Part shown: piece after piece, positions 1-13,861 of the stretch
How the letters are laid out: every line of letters starts with the position of its first letter
How positions within the stretch are numbered: the stretch's first letter is position 1
From: Kudoa neothunni
Lineage: Eukaryota > Animalia > Cnidaria
NCBI GenBank assembly: GCA_964304625.1
Contig: OZ199838.1
Span: forward strand, 3,312,440-3,376,439
DNA length: 64,000 bases
Direction: 5' to 3'
Position numbers and translations under genes: made by a program
Notes under the pieces: generated by a model
Seen by the model: only the letters and a program-made list of their open reading frames with translations
Databases searched by the model: none
Told to the model about the DNA's origin: nothing

Positions 1-967
1 TTTGTGTGTTGAGGGTTTGATTACTAACAACCTCAATAATGCTTTTTTATGTGAGAACTATGCACATAATATTAATTTAGTCTCAAGAATAATTTAATAA
101 ATTGATTTAAGATTTAAGAGGGAACTTTTTAAAGAAATAATCTTAAAAATTTCGACCAGGCCATCTTTGTTTTCGTATGGTTAACTTTATTGTTTATTCT
201 AATGGAAATCAGCGTATTTTAAGCGAAAATCAATTTTTTGAAAATATTCAATATATAAATAAATTTTAATGACGCAATTTGTTACTAATTCAAAAATTTA
301 TTTATTCTAGTGCGTTATTGGAAAAGTTTGCGATAGCTCCTGATTACCAACGCTTGCGTAAAATCATACAAAATATCGTGGAAAATAATTTTCAACTTTA
401 ATAACTATACATAGTTGTTATTTTAAGCTGTATACAGTTATTAAACTTAATTATGGTGTAGCTGCGATACTCTCCATTGTTCGCGGGGTTTCTGAGAGAA
501 TTTCATAGCCTGAAAAAAATCATTAATTATCAGTGCAACTAAATTTGGTTTATGATAGACGTATATATTTTTAAATGAATGATAAAATGTATCTAATATT
601 TTATTCTCGAATCAAACGATAATCACTACAAAGTTTTAACGTCTTATACTGGAGAATGAATGATTAATAGCTGTGAAAAAATTACGTGTGTTCCGATTAG
701 GTCCATATAGGACCCCTTTTAAGTTGATTTTAAACGCTATATATCATTACGAAACTAACGTGATGTTATTTAAAGCCATCTATAAATACAACAAACATAA
801 TCTGGTTCTCTCCAGGAGTTTAAAATGCAGATACAGGACCAACACGAACTCATCGTGTTGGACCAATGTGACAAATCAGAGCATAAATTTCAGCACTAAT
901 GACTTTAAAGATGTCTAAATGAAATAAACACCTAATTAATCCAACTAGGTTCCATAAAAAATTAGCA

Positions 968-988
968 GATGATGATGATGATGATGAT
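968..988 (+). repeat. (GAT)7 microsatellite, possibly a poly-Asp tract of an unresolved exon
   Basis: Seven perfect GAT units read directly from the sequence. Confidence 0.85.
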
Positions 989-1444
989 GAAACATAGGCT
1001 CAACTAAACGCCATTTTGTAGAAATTATACCACTTTTTGGGGAGTAGGAAATATAACCGCGCGATCGGTTTATTCTGAGACTTTATGGAAGCCAATTTTT
1101 GAAAACTTCACATAAAACATAAAACAGGGTAGGATTAGATTTATTTACTTATTTAGTGATCATCATTAATCTTCCTTTCCGTTAAATAACTTAAAATATA
1201 AAATACTTTTTGAAATTTTGACTAAAATTAATGAAACGCTTAAAGATTTGTATAATTCGACATAATACTTTGAATGGATCATCTATAATTGAGATTAAAG
1301 TGATGTAATAAACTGTTAAAATAGTTTAAAATGGTGTGTGCTTTAACGTTATAAATAGAATTCATACCAGCTCATACGTATATTTTTTATCAGTATTTTA
1401 GGTTATAATAAAGTCGTCTTTTTTCCCTGTAACAATATTTTTAA

Positions 1445-2122
1445 TTGCCATTCAACAGTTTCAATAAAATCTTTCTAACAATGGATACAAATTTATTATT
1501 CCTTTCTAGAATAAACGGTTATTATTCGGTTGTATCAACGTCGAAGCTTACACAGTTGTCACTCAACCAATACACGATTGCTCAAAATTTGAGAATATTT
1601 AAACAAGTTGTGAAGAAGTGTTTGAATGAATATTCGATTGCCTATGTGAATGTTAATATTCTGAGCATTTGGCCTAACAATTTCGAGGATTCACTAATTT
1701 CCAAATGCAACATGTGTAACCATGTGATATGTTCCCAATCAATTCTAAGGGAGAAAAACTACAAATCCACATTTGAATGCAAAAGTTGTAAGAAAGGAAT
1801 TCTACGATTTATGTCACGATTTATGCTGCTCATCCAAGACAGCAGTGGATGTGAAATGGCGATTTTATGTGGAAAAGAAACCTTACGATTTTTTAATCTA
1901 CCCAAGTCAGTTCTCAAAAATATTAATTCTATTATTGAAATACTGAAAAATCGAGAATTGACCAACAACATAAACCAACAAATTGCCTATCTAACATCAT
2001 TGTACTCGCCGTTTCAACACCGATTTCAACTTTTCTTATATGGAGGTCGTCTCAACCCACAACCAAAAATCAAACCTATTTATTTTATGAGGATATTCAA
2101 AACAAATTTGAAAGCTTTTTAG
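1445..2122 (+). CDS. POT1: POT1-like telomere ssDNA-binding protein, C-terminal Zn-binding OB fold (terminal exon; upstream exons unresolved)
   Basis: LSIWPNNFEDSLISKCNMC, MLLIQDSSGCEMAILCGKETLRFFNLPKSVL and terminal MRIFKTNL parallel the recalled POT1 OB3 motifs (xxxxP..F..S....CxxC; TLDDGTG..EAYL...KFFQIPASEVL; YQIFDT). Two CxxC pairs. The exon probably starts at the AG acceptor ending 1509. RPA1-C or CTC1 are less good alternatives. Confidence 0.55.
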   Translation: MPFNSFNKIFLTMDTNLLFLSRINGYYSVVSTSKLTQLSLNQYTIAQNLRIFKQVVKKCLNEYSIAYVNVNILSIWPNNFEDSLISKCNMCNHVICSQSILREKNYKSTFECKSCKKGILRFMSRFMLLIQDSSGCEMAILCGKETLRFFNLPKSVLKNINSIIEILKNRELTNNINQQIAYLTSLYSPFQHRFQLFLYGGRLNPQPKIKPIYFMRIFKTNLKAF

Positions 2123-2192
2123 AATAATAAAAAATTTTATTGTTTAGTTTTGTGTACAATGAGTTTTTTTCTCAACTATTCCATCATTGTGT

Positions 2193-3060
2193 TTACATTT
2201 CCTCAACGTCCCATTTGTAAGATTCATAATCTAGAGCTTTTCGTTCGGCTATACATCTGAAACGTTTTCTCTCGAATCCATTGGATCGATCAACTCCATC
2301 CCACCTATGGCCAGGTAATATACCAAAACGATTAGGTTCACACATGGGTCCAGTGTATTTTGGGCGGGTATTGGTATTTTCTGGAGCTTTATCAGTGGAT
2401 GTGGTTTTGAGGTTTTTCTGTTTTTTCTTGTTCAAATATTCAAGCATAGGGTCATCAGCTCGTTCCTGTGTTTTTAGATAGTCTTCCAAATCCTTATCAT
2501 CAGCATATCTATTAAGTGGTTTGCTCATTTCATATCTTTCTTCCTCAGCTTTTTTGATTTTGTCCTCCAGCTGTTTCAAACTATAACAGGGTTATTGGTT
2601 GGAAGTGAAATCGATGACAACTGCCAGCAACCAAATTACCCTCGACCCCATTGTTGATATTGTTGTGTGATTTCCAATTCACGTTCCTCAGCACGTCTCT
2701 TCTCGATTTTCTCCAATTTTAAATCAATCTTTTTTCCCGTAGCTCGATCTCTATACACAGTTTCGGGTTCATTATCGGTTTCTATTGAAAATGAATTGGT
2801 CTAATAACAATTTCTCTAACCATATTTTACTGATAATTTGAGCCTCGGCAATCCTTCGCTTGCGAGATGGAGAAAGATTTTTGGAATCGATGTGAGATGA
2901 TGGTCGTTCTATATCAATATCATCATCGCTATCTTTCCTTATTCTCCTACACAACAAAAATCACTTAAACACGTAAACAAAAATAAAACACATTTTAGCT
3001 TCTCCCATATGGAAAAACCGGAGGTACGTTGAAGATCTGCGAAAACACCGAAGATTGACG
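2193..3060 (-). CDS. BUD13: BUD13 homolog (RES complex splicing factor), multi-exon; start codon not resolved
   Basis: Hallmark C-terminus RADDPM...[26 protein letters not shown]|LKQ is joined across intron 2581-2639; further short GT-AG introns at about 2782-2830 and 2947-2991. The 5' coordinate is approximate. Confidence 0.92.
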
Positions 3061-4247
3061 AACATTTCGTTTTTGTGTTAGTAAATTATCTGTGAATATA
3101 TCAAATACCGAGATATTAGCCCCTTTTTATATTCTTGAAAATTATTTTCTAATGGGTAAGTAACTATCAGAGTATAATTTTTAGTGTCATTTTAACTCCT
3201 TAAATTCTAAATCAGACCATTTTGTTGCGCTGTAGTTTGTAAGAAGCTAGGTATAATTATTGTGCAGAAATCTGAGGCCGCCAATTCATCATTTAACATA
3301 AAATGATAGAAGATAGTTATTTTTACAATTGAATTTAATCCCAAATAAATTCTACATCTGTGAGGTTATTATTTTTTAATTAGCAACTCAATAGAGCTTT
3401 GATCTAGCATAGTTGATGGTTTTATAAATTTTTAAATTAATTTGGTTAATTTTTCTATTGCTTTAGTTGTATTTCATTAAAATTAATACTAAAAACGAGA
3501 ATAAATTAAATCTTAATGATTTGCTATAGCGTTGTAGAAATCACTTTAGTCTGATTATTCCCCAAACTACACATTTACACTTTCCATATGATGAAAAAAG
3601 TAAATAAATAAATGAAAAATAAAACATCACAAATTTTATATTTTGATTGATTCAAATTTTGTCACAATAACAATACCTTTCATTCATGCTAACTTACTGG
3701 GCAATTTGAGTTCAATATAAGTTGGTGAGAGTTAATATGAATAAAAATAATATACACTTGCGCAAAATAACAATAAAAATAATAACAACACTCTTGCTCT
3801 GATCATTTGTTAGTAACTATGATTATCTGTCATAAAATATCTTTATAACTCCTAACATTATTCATTTTTAAGAAATGGAAGTTGTAAAATCAATTTTACG
3901 GTCGATCCAATAATAATTTGAATATAAATTATATTTTACTTGTAGATTGATCCACAATCTCGATAAATCTGCGAGAAGCAAATCAAAATAACCGCGAAAT
4001 TTTGATAGAAAAACACGAAATAATAGTTAAAATAGATCTTGTTTAAAAGAATTTAAATTTCTGGAAAGTGTTTTTGCGAGAAATGGGGAGCTCATATTTA
4101 TTTAAAAAAATAGTCTTATTCAATAGGGGAGTTGGATGTGATAAAAAGTCTAATGATAATTTGCTTAGAATATTATTTAGACCGAGATAATCAAAATATT
4201 TATAGGCTATTAATTCAACGCTGTTTATATGTACTCGAGATTATTAA

Positions 4248-6135
4248 CCATTCGATACCCAAGAAAAAAACATTGAAATATATAAATAAACAATGAATTA
4301 TTTATTAACTTTATTCTTTATCCATCACAAGTGGATTGATCGCACGTATTCCATTTTATACGGCATCGTTTATTGGGAGATCTATTAGATACACCGTAAT
4401 GTCCGTATTTTCTGGGCTTATTGTTTGTCTTTTCATTGTTATTTTATATAAATGTTTTGAATTCCTCTAAAAGTTCTACTGAAAGCTTTTTTTAGGAATT
4501 ATCTTTTGTACTGAAGCTTGTATTAACTAAGAAATCGAGGGTCCTAGTCCCATGTAATTGAAATGCATTGTGTGATATTGCGTCCGTTATGTTGTAAAAT
4601 ACAGTAAATCTCAACATTTTCGATCTTACCCAACACTTCCTTTTTAGGATAATAAATTTTTGCCCTCATGCCTTTTTATGATTATTCTGTGAAGTCCTCA
4701 GATCAAAAATATATTTTTATGCAAAATAATCATTATTTTAAATATTATAAATAATTAATATTTTTACGTGAATAGACGAATTTTTCATTTATAAATTAAT
4801 AAGTGTACATTTAAAATTAATTATATACTTACATGTATTGTAAAAATTTGGAATAATCTTCATAGAAAAAATTTTTCATTAATTCTTCGGTTTAAAAAAT
4901 AAATGATTTGAATGAAAAAGTTAATTTTTGTAATAAATTGTTAACCTTCTGGAAATCTTTGTATTTAAATAAAAATAAGAAACTTCCTTATAATATTCTT
5001 GGATCTGATAAAAACTTTTCTCAGAACGTACAATGAGAAATTCACACGTCCTTCAAGCCGTTGGCATTAGCTCATTGAACACTGAGGTAAGGTTGAATTG
5101 AATCCAGGTTGGGAATCATTGATGTGAAAACTTAATTTAAATCAATTAAATTTGTGTAAATTGTTCGCCTTTCGATTCGAGTTGGTTGTGATTATTACTT
5201 GTCATAATGATCCCACCACAGGAATGACGTTCGATGAATCCTCGATTTCGATATCGCTGCCAAAACCGGGGTTATCGCCCTCATCGTTAGTGGGTCCATC
5301 AATAATTGTGTCCATTTCCTCAATATTTTTTGGTAAACTTATATCAGAATCTTCTAATGAAATAAACATAAAACCCTCGCCATTATTTATTGTTTGGCTG
5401 ATGACCTCCTACGAAAACCCCGCTTTATCCAAAAAATGGCGTAGAATATTCCAGAACAATGGAGAATAACATAGACGTATCGGTGATGTTTGAGAATATA
5501 TAAGAAACTAAGATAACTCCGTGATTGACTAGATAATCGCACAGTCCTCGATCATTTGTAGACATATCTTGTCTCAATTGAATTCAGATAAAAATAATAA
5601 TTATGCTAAAATAAGAATAAAAATTTAAAATTAAATTTCTTTACTAATTAGATTTATTAAAACCTCATTGTTATGAAATTTGTAATGCATTATCTAGAAA
5701 ACCATCCGTTATACTGATACTGGAATGTCATCCTCTTAAACGCTTGGATGTGAACGTTCCTTTTAGAATTTGTGCAACTACAACTCATTTAAACCTGACT
5801 AACTTTAATTGTAAATATAAAATAACTCTTTAAGAGTCGATACGTAAAATATCAACATTATAAATTCTTTATTAGAATAGTAAATTTAAAACACACTTTA
5901 CTAGACAGTGTGTAGCGTGTCCATGTCCAGGCGTGCTCGGACCTTTTTTTTAAATCAACGATTTATATATCTTAGACTTTAGAAAATTAGCTATAATCTA
6001 ATATATGAAATAAAAGTTCCATTTAAATAAAATAATATAAAATACAAGAAATATAAATATTATGAGATTTTAAAAAGATATATTTTAAGAAAACCACCAT
6101 AGTGGACACTCTGTCCACGTCCAGACATCGGAGGG
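4248..6135 (-). mobile_element. Highly decayed piggyBac-like element
   Basis: TTAA at 4244-4247 and 6136-6139 flanking imperfect TIRs (CCATTCGATACC vs CCCTCCGATGTC). Minus-strand remnant RFTVFYNITDAISHNAF resembles the PGBD motif RWP..VFYN..D.A..NA. Acidic N-terminal-like stretch near 5200-5400; sub-terminal repeat TGTCCAyGTCCAG at about 5918 and 6112. Confidence 0.5.
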
Positions 6136-6917
6136 TTAAGAAACGGTTGAAACATAGTATTAAAAACTGCGCTAAAAATCACAAATATCAATAAAACGCA
6201 CGAACGGAAAAAAATTTGTTAACAAATCATTGTTTTATTTATCCTCAGTCATATCATTTTAGAATAATTATCTTAATACGCCCGCGGAATCCAAACTTTC
6301 CCTAATAGTGAATGTTAGGTTTCTAAAAATTTGTAATGTAGATTAGTCAAATATTAATTTTCATACCAACGGATGGTATTAAAATAACCTATCGAGTGAG
6401 AAACGTGATCGTATTGTGTGTATTTTTGAGTTTAAATATAATCAAAGTTAGTAAAACTTAAATTACTTTTGTCCATAAAGATTGGTCAATTCCAAATCAA
6501 CTTATTTGTGCTAGGTTAGTTGCAATAACAGTTTCCCTCCCAACATGTTGTATACGAAACAAATTTTAAACTCGGCAATCATTGTGACTATTTTGTTGAC
6601 TGACCAACACATAGTTCATTATTCAATCTATTAGAAATATTTAATAGCAATGTCTTATGATTATAATAATTTAAGGTGATTTTTTGAGCACCTAGAAAGA
6701 ATCTGAAAAGTTGGAATTTATTTTCACTGATATAATCGTGTTTGGAATTATTGATTACTTATTTTGTTCATCCAAACTAATCGGATTATAAAAATTTTGA
6801 TAAATATAGCAAAAGAAAAAATTAATATCGTTTAAACATAAACAGCTTCTATGTAAGACAATAAAAAATTCAAGCACACACAAATGGATTCTCAAAAAAT
6901 CTGCACTCGTATATTGC

Positions 6918-8272
6918 CTATATGTAGGAGATTTTATTCTCCGACAATGCTATAGCATTATGCAACAGAACAGGCAAAAATATGCCATTATTGGTACAAG
7001 CATTCACGAATCCCCTATTGGCGGTAACAATTGTGAAATTGCTGCTGCAAGCCGATCCAAAAATAATTTTCGTTCTCCTGGTTACGTTTTTGCTTTCTTG
7101 TACGTTGATAATTTTTTCATCGCTTCTATCATCAATTATTGTGATTTTCTCAGAGAGAAGCTGAAGACGTGAATTTTCTTTGGCTCCTCCAACATACTTA
7201 GTGATTTGCTGCATTGATTCCCATGCAGTTTTGCATGTGATCCATGGTTTACCGTCTATTCGTTCCATTATAAATGATTTTGTGTTAAATTTTTGCTCCT
7301 CAGCAATCTAAAAGTAAAATCCTTGAGTATAGAGATAAAAAAGAAATATAACTTGATTTTGAATGTATTTTGAATTAATTACAACATTTGTAAGGTCATG
7401 AAGATGACAAGGACTCAGAAATGAGAGCCATCATGGCAGTAATATCAAGAAAATAAATCTGTCCATTTGATAAAAGGTCAGCAGTAGTTATAGTAGGAGA
7501 TACAATCGATGTTTGAACTTCACTTCTGGTATTATATTCTATTATATTTCCTAAATTCCCCTCGAAAAATTGAGGATCATCAACCAACTGATTGGTTTCC
7601 ACAACAATGTCCATTCTAAATTTAAAATAACAATAAATCCACAAATACAGTTGAATTAACTCTTCAAGCGTCTTTTTTACTGATGGGGTACATCCCTTAA
7701 ACATGTAAAATATGATGGTCGGTTTGTTGGGAGCGTGTGAGTTGTTTTATACAAGACACATAACTAGCAACCCTTTTCATCTCATTTCTAGTGGTGACAC
7801 CGTTCACAAGAGAATTGTGATAATAAAGAGGATCTTTAGCTACTACATTGATATAAATTGAGTGGGTTTCATCTAACAAATGAATCATTTGTTTATTGTC
7901 AGTTGAGTCCATTCCATTGGATGATGTCGATGATGGAATTGATTTGTACACTGCAGTCACATCGAAAATTTTAAGACACTGAATACGTAATTTAAACCGA
8001 ATGAAACGGTAGGAAATACTCATTATACTTGAACCTATTGCTGAATAATGGACTGTGATGTTGGTTACACCTTCACCACTCATTTCCACATTTTCATCCG
8101 TGCAATGTAGGAGAAATTTTTGTAAATTTTTCTCCAGACTTCGTTTTGTTGATAGCACACAACGGCGAAGTCGTTGAATTCCCTCGATTGCGCTATATTT
8201 GGACAATTCTTCTAAGCATTTCTCGCAGGTTTTTATTTGACTTTCTAAATCATTTCCAACAACTGAATCCAT
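6918..8272 (-). CDS. C7orf25: UPF0415 protein C7orf25 homolog (DUF1308, PIN-like C-terminus), multi-exon
   Basis: Three consecutive minus-strand ORFs carry family motifs IEGIQRL, LDITAMMALIS, TCKTA..VGGAKE..R, IFGS...TIVTANRGFV...G...V..H...LSENK. Confidence 0.85.
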
Positions 8273-9179
8273 TCGAAAATTTTTTATTGAAAAACAGTTG
8301 TTATAAGTTTATAATCTAGCAGGATTTTGATAAAAAACCAAAAGTTAAATCTATGTATGAATAGTCAGCTTATCTATATCAATCGTTAGATGTTTGCGTA
8401 GCCAACTGCGCTTGTGCAAGATTATCCTAGTAGATATATTATAGGCTATTTATGCTATTTTACAGAACAGAGTGAGTATTTTATAAAATTGGTAAACTTT
8501 AATAAATTCAAATAATGATGTGTTTCACGCTCAAATTTCAAACCACTCGCGCATGTTATCGTATTAACCAATCAATTTTAATATTATTACATTGATTTAT
8601 ATAAATATGAATTTAAAATAAAAATTCTTAACTGCAAAAGTATTTTTAATATTTCATTTTAATTCTTAACGAGATTAAAATTATTTATTGACAAAATATA
8701 TTTTATTTTATTCATAACTGTTTTCAATTTAACCGGCCAAGAATATTTTGGCATCTACAAGATTGGTATTTTTCGTACAGTGTTATTTGAGTATAAAGAG
8801 TATGTATAGAAATCGCCTATAAATCCAGTTGAATTCAAAATAATTTGAAAATAAAATCGTTAATGCTGTCAAGGGTAATTCAAAATTTTTATTGCGCTTG
8901 CACGGCCGAATTTTCCCCTTGTCGATTTATTCTAGTTGTTAGGGTTATGGTGTTTATTCAAGGTAGATTTTTAAAATAAAATTATTAACTACCTTGCTCT
9001 AAATAAAGAAAATATCCTATAAATATTCCAATTTTTATATTTGAAGTTTTTGCTCATTAATAGGATACTTTTAAATATAACAAAATTAATCAAATAAGGT
9101 ATTTATATGAAGGATGTTTCTTGTTGTACGTGATAAAGCAACTAACACATGTGTGTTGGGCAACTGTAAATTAAATGTA

Positions 9180-9349
9180 CAGTCAGTCGAACCTCGATTA
9201 TCCAGAAATCACGCTAACCAGAAGAAATTGAAAATTTTATTTGGATTTTATTGACATTACGTGCCGATAAATCCTCGATTACCCGGAATCCCAAAATTCG
9301 GGAAGAAAATCGCTGGTCCTAAATTTTCCGGATAATCGAGGTTCGATTA
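9180..9349. mobile_element. pogo/Tigger-type (Tc1/mariner) MITE, about 170 bp
   Basis: TIRs CAGTCGAACCTCGATTATCCAGAA (from 9184) and TTCCGGATAATCGAGGTTCGATTA (to 9349), TA on both flanks, internal copy of CCTCGATTA at about 9273. Confidence 0.8.
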
Positions 9350-12300
9350 TACTTAATAACTTAAAAATCTGTAATTTTATTCATGGTACTGGCTATTGTT
9401 ACTGTAACTAATATTTCCTAGGGTTATCTTTTACATAAAAATATTTTTTATTAAAATTCACTAGTGAGATTGAGCGTTATATCGTAATTGGTTCTTTAAA
9501 TTTTCCTAAATATACACTTATCTGCCAAAATAACACTTAGTGTGGGCTTTTGTTTCGTGGAAAAATGTTTTATTCATATTCTACGTGTTCGTGGAAATTG
9601 AGTTGAACTCGAGTTCGTCTGTCCTTACATAACAGGTACGATGTTCTGGATAGTTGATTAAACAAAAGTAAACGTTATAAATTTGATTAACTTGATTTAA
9701 AATTATTTGTTTCTTTCGTGAAATGTATTGAAATATGTATATAATATTTTACGAGGCTATTTATAAACTAATTTATACATGAATAATAATAATAAATATA
9801 TTTTTGATTATTTTGATGTAATTTCATTTGTCTTTTAGGAGCTCATTAATGTTTGTTTTATGACCTTCGGCCTAATAAATTGAATTTTGATGAAAAATTT
9901 AAACCAAAGGATGATGTTTAAGTATTCCAGCTTTATAAAATATCCAAATAGGCGTGATTTTACAATTTCTAATATTCGACACTCGAGAATTACTTTGGCG
10001 GGGTTGTATTTGGAAATTTAAGGTGCTGAGATTAATTCAAATTTATATTGTTTATACATGATAATATACTTTTAAATCTTATCTAAAAATCTATTATCTG
10101 GATTAAAAATTCTTATACATAATAAATTAAATATATTTAATATATTTATTTGAGTAGCAATGTTACCTCAAGGGAAATTATACGCAAAATTCTCTAAGTG
10201 TTATTTTAGTTAGCGTCATATTCCACAAAAATATTTATTAACGTCAAAAATTTTGTAGATGAATGAATTACTACTATTAAATTGAGATTATCATTCCTTA
10301 CCATGATTATTTATGACAACTTATTGATTTTTGATGTGTTCTAGGCGAGGATCTCATAAATTTCTGCTGTACTCTATTGAAAATAACGCTAATATTCAAA
10401 GCATATGGGAATTTTTTAGTATCCTATTAAAATTTCAAAAAGAATTCGATTTTTAAATTTCACCACTTCTTTATCAATTCTATACGTGGATTATCAATGG
10501 ATACAAATTTTTTTTAATTATACATTAATATGGTTGATACAAAGCAAACTTTTTCGAATTCTATTTCAAAAATGGCTTGGTTTAAGGAATAGAATTATTT
10601 TATAACTTTACATATTAAATTTGGAAGAAAAATCTCATAGTCAGATAAAAAATGGTCACCTATTCTCAAAATTCGAGAATTAGAAAATGTAAATATAACT
10701 TCTAAATTTATTATACATAAAATATATCAATCTTAAATGAAAACCAAGAAACAAATTCAAAAATTTCCTTAAAAATCAACAGCTTTGCAACACTACAAAC
10801 GACGTTTCGTGTGTATTAAACAAGGTTACTTTGTTTAATAGAGCGCGCGACGCACGTGATTCATGACTAAAACCCCTGAACTTATTAGTAGTATGGAAAA
10901 CGTCATTTTCATCCTTTTAAACTTATTTAACCGCAAGTGTATTCACGAATAAGTACATTTTAGGTGAATTCAATAAATATAGGATGATTAAAGGATCATA
11001 CTCATCAGAAATTTTTAATTAAAAACTAACTTAATAAATTTGGTATAATTGAAGAAATAAAAAAATAGCTTAACACATTAATGAAATCAGTTTTATAATA
11101 TCTTAGCTATTCTAAAAGATAATCCTTATCGTAAGAATAGTCATCTTTATTTCCTATGCATAGACCCATGATGCTAAAGTAGGAATTAAACCTGAGAAAA
11201 ATCTGAGTGTTAATTTTAATTTAAAATATTTTATTTTTCCAATGGCTAATTAACTTGGATAAAGTTAAATAATTATCAATGTCTCAATATTAAATTTTTA
11301 ATTAAACAATAACTATTAACATTCATGTTCTAAAATAACAACTACTTATTTCATATAAGTGAACTCACATTTAATTAGAATACTTAGCTCCAAATATAAA
11401 CAAATGTAATATCAAATTAATTTATATAGTGTTAAATCAGTAAAATGTTTAACAGTTCCAAACTCATTCGAATTTTCATGGGTTTAAGTTAGAGTTCAAC
11501 TATCAGATTTATTATGGCATCAGGTATTTTGAGGTTAATATACATTATTACTGAATATTTCAGTCCCATTATGACAGGTATTTAATAATTATGCTTAGGG
11601 CTATTATTTTATCCCAACAAGATTATTGGCCTCTATGTCAAACTCTGTCATTCTATTATAAGTATTCAGAACTTATTATGTGTTTTTATTGGGAAACTAA
11701 TAATTTTTTAGCCTAATGCTGTTCACTCATCAAATATAAATATCATTATTTTTATAAAAAACATCAACTTACTTATAATATAATATCATAAAATAAGTTA
11801 TTTAAAGGTGTATAAACTCAAATTTCACCGTTATTACTAACCATAAGTGATGTATTTTATTGATAGAAGATATTCAATTAAATCACGGGTCTCCGTCTCC
11901 AACGTGGTCGATAATTACGCGAGGAGTCGATACGTGTTATAGAGATTCCACTGAATTTTATGGGCTTTTAAGGTAATGCTTCCCATCTTCCCATCTTCCT
12001 ACTCCATTCTACATTATTTAGTTATGTTGATTGATGCTACCTCATTATATTTGTTTTTTATTTTCAAGTTAAAATCAAACGCCATTTTTCCTAGTTATGT
12101 AATTCAATGTTTTTCATCTATTTAGAGATACTTAATTGCTCATAAAAATCGGTGAATACATTGCCTTTATTTTTCCTAAATATTAATGATCAACAGTACT
12201 CAGTGTTATTAACAATTTATAAAACAATAACGATAGTTTATATTAAGTTTATAATCAACTAAGAAGGATAAGTCTAATTTTTAAAATTGATTGGAATGGT

Positions 12301-13636
12301 AATTACAAAAGCTACGAAAATAAATATAATAATCTCAAAATGTCGTTTGAATACCTGTGGGCACTTCAAAAACTCTTCAAGCGCCCTCAAGCTAAGGAAC
12401 ATAACCTTAGGGTAAAGATTATGATATTCTTATTAACTTTTCTATGTATGTGTAATTTAATCTTAATATCTGCCGTTGTATTCATATATGTGCAAAAGCG
12501 TGTAACTATAATCATATACAAGCGATCTAATTTGGTAGGTCAATTGAATATAATTTATGATGAAAAATAGATTAATTGTGGTAAATTTTCTAATATAGTT
12601 GTTTTTTGCCATGACGTGATTATAAATATCTGCGTAAATCTACAAATTTCATAAATATTTCTAATATATTTTGATGTTACCTCGTTAATAAATGCTTTTT
12701 TGTGGGTTAATATAATTGTACATTTTATTATGTATTGGAAATAGAATATTAACGGGACATATATTGCGCGTATTTTTAATTGTTCTGGTCAAAAAAATGA
12801 ATATACTCTAATATTTTTAATAAAATCGCTGAAACAGGTCGACAACCAAATAAGTTATCTACGCAGGGGATCGACGAAAAAAAAAGTTTAAAGACCCCTG
12901 AATTAGATATATATGTGTAATTATTAGTGAAAAATTATACTTTTTAAATTATGAATTTTGTTGTTTATGTTATTTATGCAGCTCCAATTTAAAAAGTCAA
13001 TACAGTGAACTTATGATTGTAGGGAAAGCGCATCATCAAGAAGATATTTTAAATTTAATTTGGAGTCTGATGAAATGATCTATTGATTAATGTTCGATTT
13101 GGTGGAATTAGGGTAAGCAAAAAGCATAATAATTTTGTAATCGTAGTTCATAATAACATTAAACTGGTGACCATAGATTTTACACAGTACAACGTATAGA
13201 ATAATAATAATGCATTAACTATAAATATTTTTATTTTGAGTATTTATTTATAGATCAACAATATAAAAACATATTTAATCATTCAAACTTATAATTTTTA
13301 TCATATCGAAACGTTTGTTTATAGTCATATTCGACAAACAATAATCTTTTCCTGAGCTTATTGCTTATAATTACGTTCATCGAGAAAACAACAGAATAGT
13401 TCTAAAAACTGGAAAAAAGCCATTAGTTATAAATTAAAGGTTGGCACTCATGAGGTGACCCTTTCAAGTATAACAGTTATATTTGATAAGAAGGGGGTAA
13501 TCAAACTAGTAAACAGCATTTTTAGAGGCATACAATGCGATTATAAAAAACGGGTTGAGTTTATAAGTGCTTTCGGTGACAAAATTTTTTAAAAGTCGAG
13601 TAATAAAGCGTATATATGTATAATTACACCAGATTG

Positions 13637-13861
13637 TTAATTGTGGTCATGAGTCTTCCGCGTACCTAGCACAAACAACTTCTGAGTGGGCTCATTGGGT
13701 GTCTGGAAGATCTTTCGAGAAATCAGTCTAGAAATATCTAATTCGTTTATAAAATCGTCAAAAACCATCCTCGGAGTTCTTTTGGGGGTAATGGGGTAGG
13801 GTGTGGCATTCAAAACAACATTCTTCTGTGAATTTTGTTCGACGATTCTTTTACGACTCAT
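13637..13861 (-). CDS. Possible small orphan protein (74 aa, basic, several TP sites)
   Basis: ATG-initiated ORF, GC-richer than its flanks, containing TPYPITPKRTPR. No recognisable family. Confidence 0.3.
   Translation of the reverse strand: MSRKRIVEQNSQKNVVLNATPYPITPKRTPRMVFDDFINELDISRLISRKIFQTPNEPTQKLFVLGTRKTHDHN

Noticed and set aside
200-1440. ORF 673-918 and several possible small exons upstream of the POT1-like exon
   Set aside because: I could not build a consistent spliced frame or recognise a domain; probably coding in part but unsupported.
5152-5469. 105-aa plus-strand ORF
   Set aside because: Better explained as the antisense shadow of the acidic N-terminal region of a decayed minus-strand piggyBac transposase.
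11930-11953. pogo-like terminal repeat (GTTATAGAGATTCCACTG)
   Set aside because: No partner TIR found, so no element can be delimited.
12864-12900. hAT-like end GTTAAAGACCCCTG
   Set aside because: No convincing matching end or 8-bp TSD.
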